In this document: positions 26,323 through 37,843 of the stretch, one piece after another
Position numbering within the stretch: the first letter of the stretch is position 1
How the letters are laid out: each line of letters begins with the position of its first letter
From: Anthoceros angustus
Taxonomy: Eukaryota; Plantae; Anthocerotophyta
Reading direction: 5' to 3'
DNA: 64,000 nt
Assembly: GCA_010909165.1 (NCBI GenBank)
Contig: MU008156.1
Location: forward strand, 973,768 to 1,037,767
Notes under the pieces: model-generated
Databases searched by the model: none
Seen by the model: only the letters and a program-made list of their open reading frames with translations
What the model was told of the DNA's origin: nothing
Translations under genes and position numbers: made by a program

Positions 26323-26707
26323 GAAGCCTACTGTAGTCTTGGCTCTCCGGAGCCGTAGTAACTACTACTTGTGTGTCTGTACAAACTGCTTTTATATGTG
26401 TGTAAGCTTCGAGCACTCATCTTTCTCTCCAGATGAAGATGGAGGAAGCCGAATATGTTTACTTCTAGCATTTGTCTCCCATTCCATTCTCGATTTGCGC
26501 GGATCCTTTTCTGCACTTCCTTGGCCATCCCTCCCACAGTTTTCCCTGGTGGCCGGAAGCGAAGAACAGTAGAAACGCAGTCTAACTGCTGTGGTGGAAG
26601 CCAGATAACTGGGATTCGAAGCAGCCTTGTGCTGGCACAACCAAACTAAAGCACCCTTGGTGAACTAGCTAGGCCAGAAGGTTGCTGCAATTTTGCCAAT
26701 CGCTGCA

Positions 26708-26875
26708 GCCGAGAGTTTGAGCAAACGTCCTGGGAGTTTGCTTCAATCCCCTTGGTGAGGTGGGTGAGCCAGGAGTTTGCTGCAGTCTTCTCATAGCCGG
26801 GAGTTTGAGCAGAAGTCCCGGGAGGTTGCTCCAACGTTCTTGTGGAGGTGGGTGAGCCAGGAGTTTGGTGCACCT
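26708..26875. repeat. ~89-bp two-copy direct repeat
   Basis: gccg(a/g)gagtttgagca...ggtgggtgagccaggagtttg occurs twice. Confidence 0.7.
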
Positions 26876-28167
26876 GGCCAGCCTTCTTCTTGAAGGATGA
26901 CATCACGCAAGTGCTGGATTCGATATCCCAGTGTACCGATAAGCAAACCAGAGCAAGAAAAGTGGTAAGATCCCATCCCAGTATTATTCCACCCGACTTA
27001 ATTTTAGAGTTGCTTGGACACATTCGGTAGTTTGTCGATCAGGCAGTACAACGAGCACCTGTGTCTGTTGGCTATGGCCTGACCAAGGCTACTTCGATCA
27101 AGCAGCAATACCCGATCTTAGATTAGGGTATTACATATGTACTGGACCTCAACCTGCATGCTCTGTCCGTTTCTGCCATCTCTTTGTCGAGCTGTTGAGT
27201 TCTGTGCTGCAAAACCCTTGACTTGGTCCTTTTTATTGCAGAGTTGGTGTGTTCTATTTTCTATTGGGGAGTTGTGTGCGTGAAACCACTTTTTATTGAA
27301 TTGAATTGAATGACAGATAACACCGTTTGTGAAGGGTCCTGGCCAGATACCAGAATATGCGTACGTTGTGCAATCAAATATGTACATGTACGTATGATGG
27401 ACAAAATGGTTAAATGGGTAGGTGAGGGCCTACTCTCTCTCACGTGATGTGAGAGAGTAGCTGCAATAATGCTCAGAAAGCTCGATCACCTGGAAGGGAC
27501 TCTGGCACTGCTTATTAAAATGATACATAAGTGTACGTTTCACATCACAAGAAATGCGCGACTCCGGGTCCCTACGCTCCCAGGGACTGCCACAGCGCTG
27601 CTGGCCTGGCACCTGTGCATGTCCGTTTATGTAGACCTTTACTATCATCATTTTATATTCCCCCGGTAAACTTATTTCCGATGTAGGTAGTACGTACTAT
27701 GCATATGGCCCGCCCGCATGACTGGCTGCAGGACTGCTGACGCCAGAGCATCTCCACGAGGGAAGCGGCTTGACCGGTCCAGCGCACAAGGCAACGAGGC
27801 GGGGCCATGGCGGAGGGGGGCCTTCCCTGCAGCAGCGCCTCGTGCTGCCGTTGTTTTTTTTCGCAGCTGCAATTTGATGCTCCGTAAATGCTTGCAACTG
27901 TTCCGTCTGCATCTGCACTTGGCCCCGACAAGCGTCCAGGAGCATCGCACTCGGGGCCCGGCTTATTGCGGGATGGATTACACCAGCGCTTGATTGGCGC
28001 TCGCTGAATAACCGCATCCGGAGCTCCCCGCGCACTACGGGCCAGTGCGGAGTATAAGAAGACGTCACAGGAGGCAAGCATTTCAGGCACAAGTTTCTTC
28101 CTCATCCCGTCCTCTCCAGCTCCAGGTCCCGTTCTGGTGTTTCGGCCTGTCTCGGACAGCAGCAGCT

Positions 28168-30019
28168 ATGGCTGGCTTTGATTCTATTCTGGTTGCCGCC
28201 TGCCTGGCCGTCATGGCTGCCTCCGCGCTTGCTCTGGACCTGTCTCCCAGCTACGGCCGCCTCACCGTCCACAATGCTGGTGGCCAGGTCGTCGTGTGGG
28301 ACGGCTATCCCGAGTCCGCGGGGTTCAATCTTGCCGCCTGGGAGCTCACTTTGAATGAGAACAGCATCAATTTCCCCGGCCACCAGGACACCGACACCGT
28401 TGCCTACGTTGTGGAAGGTGCGAGTCGGCTCGATGTGGCTGTTGCAATTGCGCGGTCTTGTGCCGCAGTGTGTTTTCTTGTATCCGCGTTCAATGGTCTG
28501 GGATGCATGTTTGCGGCTAGAGAACGGGGGATTGTAGAGTGGGAGGGTGTTGATGCAACTGCCGCGCTTCTTGATGCAATGGCTAGACTCGGTGCCTTTC
28601 CTAGCGTTAAGATCTTGCATGCAATGGCTATTCTGTTCCCTCGCATGATCTAGGATCGTTCATGCAATGGCTGGTGTCTTCCCTCGCTTTAGGATCGCCT
28701 GGTCTCATTGCATGTGTTTCTTGCTCACAGGTCAGGCCAAATACGGTCTGGTCATTGCCACCGGCAAGAGAGTTGAGACCAAGACGATCAAGGCCGGTGA
28801 CGTGATTCTCGTCCCCAAGGAAGCAACCTTCTGGTTTTACAACGATGGAACGGGCACGTTCAAGGTCTGGGGAGGCGGTGACACTACCAACAGCCTCAAG
28901 AAGGGCCACATCTTGGTAATTACGCTGCTGCACTGCCTTTGCACCTCTTCTGCAAGCGCACATTTGGCCAGGTGCAAAGATTTATGCAATGTTCCAGACA
29001 TCTTGAAGCTTCCAGGCTAACATTGAGTCATTCTCTCCTTGTCGACGCTGCAGCGAATTGACTCCGTCGGCGCCGGTAGCCTCCTCCACGGCTTCACCAC
29101 GGATGTCTTGGCAGCTGGCTTCAACGTTGACGAGGCCACCATCACCAAGATTGTAAACGCGCAGCACCAGATCAGCCTGGTCAAGTTGGATGCACCTCTG
29201 GACCTTTCTGGCCCGGCTCCCGTTCGTGGGGGAGACCACGTCGAGACCTGGCCTGGACAGGTCGTGTTCCCGCTCTTGAGCGAGGCCCCTCATTTCTCCA
29301 TCGGCGGTGGTGGTGCTCTGTACAACTTGGTGACATCCTACGGCGAGTACCCCGAATTGAAGGCTGTCAGCCTCGGCGTTGAGTATGGAGTGCAGGAACC
29401 TGTAAGTCTATCTTCCTCGCAGCTTGCTCCTTTTTCCTCCTCGACACTTCATGAATTACATCATCGGCTTCTCTCCCACTGGAAAATTAGCCTGACTCGG
29501 ACTGGTGTTCGCGTCGTTTGTCTGCAGGGATCCTTCCTTGGTCCTCTCTGGGCGCCCAACAACCACATGCTGTACTACTTCACCAAGGGAACAGCGCGCT
29601 ACCAAATCGTCTCCCCAGTTACCTCTGAGCTCTTGGTAGACACCGCGGTGTTCCCAGGACAGGTTGTTGCCATTCCGGCACAGTACCCCTTCGTCGTCGT
29701 GGCAGGATCCGAGGGAGTCGAATACTTCACATTTGCCGACAACGATACGTAAGCGTCGTCTAATCTTTACTCTTGTCCTTTTCGGTCGTCACCCAAACGC
29801 TTTGGTATTTTTGGCCTTGACTCAAGTACTTCGATGTCGTCAATGCTTGTGCGCAGGCCCACCGGCAGCAGCTTGTACGCTGAATTCCTGGACTTCCCCA
29901 AGGAGCTTGTGGCTGCTGCCTTCAACATCCCTGTGGACCAGGTGTCCACCTTCGTGGGCAAGCGTGACCACAACATCATCTTCCCTGCGTCCAACAACAA
30001 CATCCTATCCGTTGTTTAG
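28168..30019 (+). CDS. Secreted 11S globulin/glutelin-like bicupin, copy 2
   Basis: MAGFDSILVAACLAVMAASALA-LDLSPSYG. It has the same 5-exon layout as copy 1, high similarity to it, and ends in NNILSVV*. Confidence 0.88.
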
Positions 30020-30050
30020 GTTCCTTGTTGCAAAGTGGGGAAAGGTTTGA

Positions 30051-30125
30051 CATCCTAGGTCGGATGCAGCGAGTAGCAGCTCTGACCTGCTGCTACAATC
30101 TGCTGAAGTGCGGAGTCGCAACTGG
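30051..30125 (+). promoter_or_regulatory. Third copy of the structured 3'-UTR element (cupin gene 2)
   Basis: catcc-taggtc-ggatg hairpin, gtagcagc/gctgctac hairpin, and the invariant 26-nt tail. Confidence 0.6.
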
Positions 30126-30799
30126 TGATGCCTACCTAGTGGATTGCTGGATGCAGATGTGTTGTAGAAAGATACAGGCGCATAAACGCTCCCGGGCCCG
30201 GCTAGAATAAACCCCGGGACGCTGGTTCGCTAGCCCTGTTTGGGCCTTTTGTAAAAAGTGAAATCTTATCGGAGACACCTTAAATATCAATATCGTTTGC
30301 ATTCCCATACATACATACTTACATATCTACATATGAGTCACACTGGGCCCGGTGCCCGTGCCCGTGCCCATGCTGGTCCCGCACTGCCGCCGCCGCAGTC
30401 GCCGAAGTCTATACTCTCTCCGGACAGTGCGTCCTGACTCGTGTGTCGTTTTATTTCTTGTGAGAGCCGGTGGTTGTGCCCTGGTAGCGCAGTGTGTACT
30501 AATTGTAGCAAATCGGACCCGCACTCTCCCACGCCTACTTACGGCCCTGCAGGCCGGAGCTGCCGGGCTACCTACAGTGGTGTTGGGCTGAGGGTTTTCA
30601 GGGTTTGACGGATCGAAGATGTTGTGTCTCTGTCCTTCATTCTTCCCCACTGTGCAGATTCATGCCATCGATGATACTGTCCTGAATGAGTGGAGTTCTC
30701 TCTGTCCTCAGTAGGTGGAAGGATTGAGGTCGCACAGCCAAAGAAGTACATCAAGTATGTTCCCAATTTCAAGCTTTAGCTCGTTGGGAGGAGCTTGGC

Positions 30800-31457
30800 G
30801 ATGACGGCTCTAGCAGCGCAGCAGGCACTGTGGTGCACACTACTACTGTGGTGTGTCAGACATGGCCAGAGGAAGCGGTGGAAGCAGTGCTGCTTCGGTT
30901 ACCGGCGGCAGCGCAGGCCCGCTGCCGAGCTGTGTGCAAGGCGTGGCTTGCAATTCTCACCAATCCAGAGCTCCTCCGGCGGAGCTTTCTCCAGTCACTT
31001 TCGCACACGACGCCGCCTCCCCTGTGTACCATTGCGCATGGTTGTGAGATGGAGCGATGAACACTGCCCATGTATAAGGCCTTGAAAGTGGAGCTGTCTT
31101 ATTTGCCATAGTTGTTCCATTCTATTCATGTGGAACTTCACAAGTGTTCAATGTATGGTTTCTTGTGCATTAGCCGTCGCCTAAACGAGGGATTGCAGTT
31201 TTGTGTGTTCAATCCAGTGAACCAGAGCTTCAAAATTTTGCCCATGCTTGAGAAGCTTTGGAACTAATATAGAGAGGGATCTTGCGTGCAGGATGGGATT
31301 TGCTGCAAGAGAAATGGCCGACTGGTTGTCACACTGCAGCAGAGTGGCGCCGGACTACTTCCAAGTGGATCCCCTCAAGGAATCGCCGGACCAGGTGATC
31401 TCATGTCGTGAAATCTATAAGAACGTCGTGATTAAGCATCCTGAGCTTAGATCTTAG
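30800..31457 (+). pseudogene. F-box protein pseudogene
   Basis: F-box motif WPEEAVEAVLLRLP...RCRAVCKAW and downstream CSMYGFLC...CVFNPVNQSFKILP lie in one frame. In-frame stops occur at ~31058, ~31109 and ~31266. The 3' end abuts the Copia fragment. Confidence 0.7.
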
Positions 31458-31830
31458 ATTGCTACTTAGATGGGGTGCCTAAAGGGAGTGGATGCCCTTG
31501 CTGCAAGTAGCCTAAGCACATGGTACAAGTTGTTAAGTACCAAGTCCCAAGCATCCTGAGCTTAGATCGGTACTTAGATGGGGTGCCTAAAGGGAGTGGA
31601 TGCCCTTGGTGCAAGTAGTTTAGGCACACCATGATACAAGTTGTTAAGTACCAAGTCCCATGACGGAAATCCATCTATAGTGGACTTAAATAAAATTCTT
31701 CTTAAAGATGGGGTGGCTAAAGGGAGTGGATGCCCTCGGTGCAAGTAGCTTAGGCACACCATGGTACAAGTTGTTAAGTACCAAGTCCCATGACGGAAAT
31801 CCATCCTTAGTGCACTTAAATAAAATTCTT
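31435..31830. repeat. Three ~115-130 bp tandem repeats at the F-box/Copia junction
   Basis: agatggggtg(c/g)ctaaagggagtggatgccct...gttgttaagtaccaagtccca occurs three times. aagcatcctgagcttagatc occurs at 31435 and 31550. Confidence 0.85.
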
Positions 31831-33121
31831 CCTTCTTCTTCTTCTTCATGTGCGACCAGAGGCTCCGTATTGACTCGATTGATAGAGAATGTAGAGAAGT
31901 TTCTTGACTTCATGTGCTGAGGAGGGCTCGTGTTGACCTCGGTTGATAAGAAATTTGGTACATGAAAGTTTCTTCGATTGCCAACTAGTAGCTGACCCTT
32001 GCAAGAGTACACAGTAGGCCGCTATAGACTTCCCAGAATCCACATCCCCTGCCCAGTCTGCATCACAGAAATAGGAGAGAGTGCTACTACCAATCTGGGA
32101 GTATTTCATGAACATGCCTTGAGTCCCCTGCAAGTAACGCAAAATGCGTTCCATTGCCACCCAGTGTTTCTGACCAGAGTTAGCTAAGAAATCGGAGACC
32201 AACTAGCCAAGTATAAAAGGCTACCGACAGCCTCCCCATAAGGTATGGATGACATAGCCACCCATTCAGAATCAGTAGTGGGGCTATCTTTTATTGATAA
32301 CTTATTACCAATAGAAACGGGTGTAGAAACAGGGTTGATATCTTACAAGCTAAACTTCGTTAACAGCCGACGATCGTTTAAAGGTCCATTGAGGAAAGCT
32401 ATTTTGACGTCCATCTGGTGCACGATCAAGTTACTGTATGTTTAACGGCATAGTACAAGAGTATGCACATGGAGGAGGGCTTCACCACGGGACTGAAAGT
32501 TTCATTGTAGTCTAATCCTTGCACCTAAGTATAACCACGCGCCACTAACTTGGCCTTATAAGGAGCCACAAAACCATCAGGATTGAGCTTCAGCTTAAAA
32601 ACCCACTTCGAGGTAATAGCTTTCCAGTCTACTTGTAGTGAGACTAATTCCCAAGTTTTGTTGTTGATGAGATTGTAGTATTCCGAATCATTGACTTTAT
32701 GGCATTCTGCCTTTTGTGGGCCAGATAATGCTTCCTTGTAAGTGGCTGGTGTGTCAGGAGTATCAAGGACTGATAAGGCTACAGCATGAGCAAAAACTGT
32801 CAAACTAGCATGTGGAGCATCAGAGGGCTATGACCTAAACACAAGTTAGAGTATCACCAGGAGAATAAGGTGGATGCAGCCACTCAGAGTGAGAACGATG
32901 CTCTCTGGCTAACCTACGCAAAGGCCGAGTCATAGGATCTTCCTCCGTGATAGCATCAGCAAGGTTTGGTTGTTCCGGGAGGTCTAGTAAGTGTTTACTC
33001 AGGGTCGAATACGATGTTTGCCATTGGTGCATCCGAGCATCTAGCTGTATAGTCTGTGCAGACCTAATACGGGGTGCGGACATGCTACCAAATGGCTGGA
33101 TGCGCTCCGGCTCTGATACCA
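31460..33121 (-). mobile_element. Decayed Ty1/Copia LTR-retrotransposon fragment (PBS + RT + RNase H, gag/PR/IN absent)
   Basis: PBS TGGTATCAGAGC at 33121-33110. RT motifs are YKEALSG...NKTWELV...SKWVFKLK...YKAKLVARGY. RILRYLQGT and FCDADWAGD...SWQSKK follow. Many stops and frameshifts. Confidence 0.85.
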
Positions 33122-34654
33122 TAATGACTTATTTGCATTGCATCATCAGGTAGCATGGGAAAGCGGAGCACATGTGGAGAGCAGACGAGGTCACCTCACA
33201 TTTTTGGTTGAGTTGTGAAGGAAGTTAGTAGGAATGGAACTTGTCAAAAGTATCTTGTGACACTTTTTCAGCTTTGTAGTTTTTCAGCTTGACAGTTTTA
33301 CAACTTAACATGTATTGTTACACGGCAATACTTCCTCAGCACTTGTAGGAGGGAAGGACAAGTAGGATGATAGGAGGAGGAAACTGGGTTCCAGAATACA
33401 GGCAACTACTGTGAGATGATAAACATTTGACAGTCGACGGCACCTCACAATTGTGAGATGCCACATTTTCTGGCCCAAGCATGAACTAATCAGATGCCAT
33501 GAACCAGCAGCAATAAAAGCTTTTAGAAAGAGTTCGTCTCTACAGGTTGGATTTCGGCAAGTACCTCCAAAAGCTGAATGTGGTTGCCAGGCAGGAGGGT
33601 ACGCAATAGGAGCATATGGCTATTTTTATAGGAATTTAATAGTAAAAATAATAAAAATTAGTTCACACGTTTTTATGAAGAAAATAGGATGGAGGTTATG
33701 GGGTTAATACCTATGGTTTCAAAGATGTCGTATCCTAAAGATTTAAAGCTGATATGTAAAAGCTCAAAGATAGGTTCTCTATGATTAAGGCTGCTTTGTC
33801 AAAACTAAGGCCTAAAGACAAAGTTTGTATGGCTTAAAGCTCATTGGTAGAGACTTGACTAGGCCCTCATATACAGTGTTTAAGGTTTAATGTTGAATTA
33901 GAGATGAAGTTTCTAAGAGTAGCATCAAATTTCTAGGATTTTATAACTTGTTAGTAGAAGGTGTAAGATAGGCTACGGCAAAGTTTCTGACTCTCATTGT
34001 TTAGGGCTTGAGTGAGCCAGGAATAAATATTTCAATTGTTAGTAGAAGGTGTAAGATAGGCCCCAACCCCTTAATACACCCTTCACTTGCCGGAAGAATG
34101 ACCCATAATCAGCTAAAAAGTCTCGGATCTTGAATCCGCTCTCAAGAAAAGCCATGGCTCAAAATGAGGCTCAAGCGGCTCATTTCGGCCTTATGTGGTT
34201 AACACGATCTCAAAGTCTCAATTCCAAATCCCAGGAAGGTATATGGGGTTGGTTATCTCGACGAGTGTTGGGATTCCTGTGCCTCGCATCGAAACGCGTG
34301 CTACACACCTACACTCTGGAGCTGGTAGAAGCAAATCTAATTTATTAAAGGTTGTTCGGGAAGAGCGAACAAAATGAAAAGAAGTCCCAGCACGTAAGAT
34401 AAGTAGGTAGCTATAGCTCTGGCTGCTTATCATTGGAGGAGCGTGATGGGATAGCGCTGCAATCGCCAGTTGCGCCGGATGGTTGGTGGGGACGGCATCG
34501 TGGAGCTGCGCCAGTTTCGCCGCAACGGCACGTCGTGCGCACCGAACAGCGTGCCGTTTTCCCTCTCGCCCCGTATATAATCCTAATCCGTCCCTCACAG
34601 AACGTCGCTCCAGGTTCCTCCTAGTCCTCGAATCTTCCTTCTCTAACAGCGGCC

Positions 34655-36275
34655 ATGGCGGCGGCCCGAATCGTGCTGGTTGCAGTCTGCCTGTCGCTGC
34701 TGCAGGCCTCGGCGGCAGCCTTGGACCACCTAGACCTGAGCCCGAGCTACGGCCGCAAGGTTATCGACAACGAGGGCGGAGTGGTGGTGGTGTGGGATCA
34801 CTACCCCGACACCGCCTTCCTCAATTTGGCCGCTTGGTATGTAGGCCTGAACGAAGGCGGCATCCAGTACCCGGGCCACCAGGATGTCGATTCCCTGGCC
34901 TACGTCTACGAAGGTCAGGCACTGCAGTCCATTGTATTGCATTGTATTGCGCTGCATTGCATTGCCAGCGCCGGAGCTGTAGCTGCGCATGCGTGGTTTG
35001 ATGCGCCCTATCCCTGACCCCGGCAAACCGCAATGTGAGTCCGCAGGATCTGCAAAATTCGGCCTGGTACTGTCCAACGGCAGGAGCGTGGCCACCAAGA
35101 CCATCAAGGCGGGGGACGCCGTGCTCATACCTAAGGAGGCCGTCTTCTGGTTCTACAACGACGGAAAAGGCATCTTCAAAATCGCGGGGATCGGGGACAC
35201 CACCAGCGGGCTTAAGCAGGGCCAAATTCTGGTACGCGTCCGATGCCGAGTCCGTATCCCTAGTCCGGTTTGGGAGCAATGTCGATTTGATGCATGCTGC
35301 AATGTGTGATTGGCATTTGGCTTATCCACGTCTGGCCTGGCAGAGGATTGATGTGGCCGGGGCTGGAGGGATTCTTCACGGCTTCACCAAGGACGTGCTG
35401 GCCGCAGCCTGGGATGTGGACACGGCCACGGCCACGGCATTCATCCGCGCGCAGCACTCCATCTCCCTCGGGCTCGCCAAGGGCCCGCTCTCCCTGTCCC
35501 CGCCGGACTCCGCGCTCTCCTACGACGGGGAGTTCGTGTTCCCGTTGCTCAGCAGGCCGGCCGATGTGAGCATCGTGAACGGCGGGTCGCTGTGGAACGT
35601 GGTCACCACCCGGGGCTTGTACCAGCCGCTCACCTCTGTGCACCTCGGAGCGGAGTTCGTGCAGCAATTGCCGGTAGGTTTCCTCGGACTCTTTCCTCCG
35701 TCCTCAATGTGGATGCAATGTTGCAAATTTCCTAATGCGATTCCTGAAACGCGTGCTGTGCGCTGCAGGGTTCCTTGTTCGGCCCAGCCTGGGCTCCCAA
35801 CGCGCACATGCTGTACTACTTCACCAAGGGAAGCGCGCGCGTGCAGCTTGTGCGCCCCGTCGACAGCCGCCTCAGTCTGGACACGGAGGTGCACGCAGGC
35901 CAAGTGATCCCCATTCCCAAGCAGTTCGGCTTCGTCATCGTGGCCGGGGCTGAGGGTGTGGAGTACTTCACTGTGGCTGACAACGATGCGTGAGAACCTG
36001 CACCTCCCGTCTCCTCAATTCGATTGTGCCACCGTCTTGGATTGCAGAACTTGCTCTCATCACTGGAAGACTGTGAATTTTGCAGGCCGACCGGCTCTTT
36101 CGTGGCAGGCAAGCTTTCTCAGTACAAAGGCATTCCCAAGGAGATTGTGGCGGAGTCCTTCAATGTGGATGAATCCCTGGTGCGCCAGGTGATCGGCCAG
36201 CGTCCCTACAGCTACATTATTCTGCCCCCTCACGACAATCCCACGGCTCAAGCCACCATTGCCAACGTTGTGTAG
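34655..36275 (+). CDS. Secreted 11S globulin/glutelin-like bicupin, copy 3 (more divergent)
   Basis: MAAARIVLVAVCLSLLQASAAA-LDHLDLSPSYG, PGHQDVDSLAYVYEG, KAGDAVLIPKEAVFWFYN and MLYYFTKGSARVQLV, ending in TIANVV*. Same intron positions as copies 1 and 2. TATA at 34574. Confidence 0.88.
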
Positions 36276-37123
36276 AGGATGCGTATCTGCTTGCTCTGCG
36301 GTGAGACCTCGACAAATTTAGCTATGTAGATATTAGAGACTGTTTGCATCTGGCGCAGGGGAATTTTGTGTGTATAGAGAGCGCTTTTGAAGGAAATAGA
36401 ATTTTGCGGGAATCTTTATCTCCGCCGGTAATACTTGAAGTTTGCCCTGTGGGCTGCCTCAATTATTGGAGGTTCCTTCCATAAGGTTAGGTACCTACCA
36501 AATCTTACTTCCTGCCTAATCCTATTCGTTCGCAATTAGTATATTCTGTACCGCTTGCACCACGTGGCCCAGCCTGAATGAGTGTGCCAGAAGCAGGGCC
36601 TGGCAGCGCGCTTGGCGTGTCACGTGCCCCTCCATGCCAATTATTTGAGCGAGGCGAGCCGTGGCCAGTACACTACATATGCAGTACGAGAGTACACATC
36701 CGGCTCCGAGGTGCACTGCCAGTAGAACGATGTTCGTCGTCAGGGAGCCTTTAGTCGCCTTTTGCCCTTTCTGTTTATCATAAATTATACTAGACACGAG
36801 CAGTCTGAAAGAAGAACTGGGACGGCTCTCGAAAGAGACAACGGAACAATTGCAGATCACATAACAGGCAATATCCGTATCTTTTGATATAAATTGTATC
36901 CTGAAATTTATTTTTTACATCATATTTATATTATGTATTACATCATAGTGCTAGATGTCGGATTTTATTCAAAGACTATTTCGGAGTCTGAATCTGAAAC
37001 ATTATCATCGGCCGACCACGGGTGCATTTATATCGGACTCTTTTGAAGCACTCTAGCAGCTGAATTGTGATTTAACAATCAGCTGCAAACAACAAGACTC
37101 ATAAGAAATCCTATTGAAATCAA

Positions 37124-37760
37124 TTGATTGTTTTCGATATTCATTCACCTACTCATCACAGTCTAGATACAACAGAACCAATCACAATCGAGGAAGAAAG
37201 CGTTGCAGTTAGCTGGTTGTCCATTTTGATGTTCTATTTTGGGGACAAGACAGACATGGAGAAGATGAACTTTGCCTCTCCACAAACATGTGGCTTCTTA
37301 GAGCTTGTGTAGCTTTCATCTTCTGGTAGGGGTTGTCTGTAGTTTTGTTAGAGCAAAATGTTATCCAGGTATGTACTGAGCTATTTTTTGTGAACACAAT
37401 CATTTTTCAGTAGGTAGATAGCATCCTTCAGCTAAGCCAATACTCAGTCGTAAGCTAGGGCATTTGCTAAAATATGGATACCTTTTGTTGTCAATCGATG
37501 TTCCGATGATCCATCCCGTAGCTTTATATTTCTTCTTCCAAACAAACATTCCAGGGAATAACAATATCCTTTGTTCCAGCAATCTTCAATTGACCGGTGG
37601 ATTGTGGCTTGTCCAGTGTTAGCCGAATACTCTAAATAATTCAACACATCGTACACTCCACCCCATCTAAGCTCTAAAGGAAGAGTGATCTCAAATACTG
37701 GATCTATTCGCATGCTCAAACACGCAGCAAGGACTCGGAGAGCAAGCAAAATAAACAATC
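37124..37760 (-). mobile_element. Possible decayed hAT transposase remnant
   Basis: LELRWGGVYDVL resembles the hAT TRWNSTYDML motif. W...NKRYP.ILA resembles the hAT dimerization domain. The frame is interrupted. Confidence 0.3.
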
Positions 37761-37843
37761 TGGAACATTTTGTGCGGCAAGATGGAGGGCATGAGCATCG
37801 GGACTCGAGAGGTGGGAGGGCAGCTCATCCCTCTCCGTTGGAA

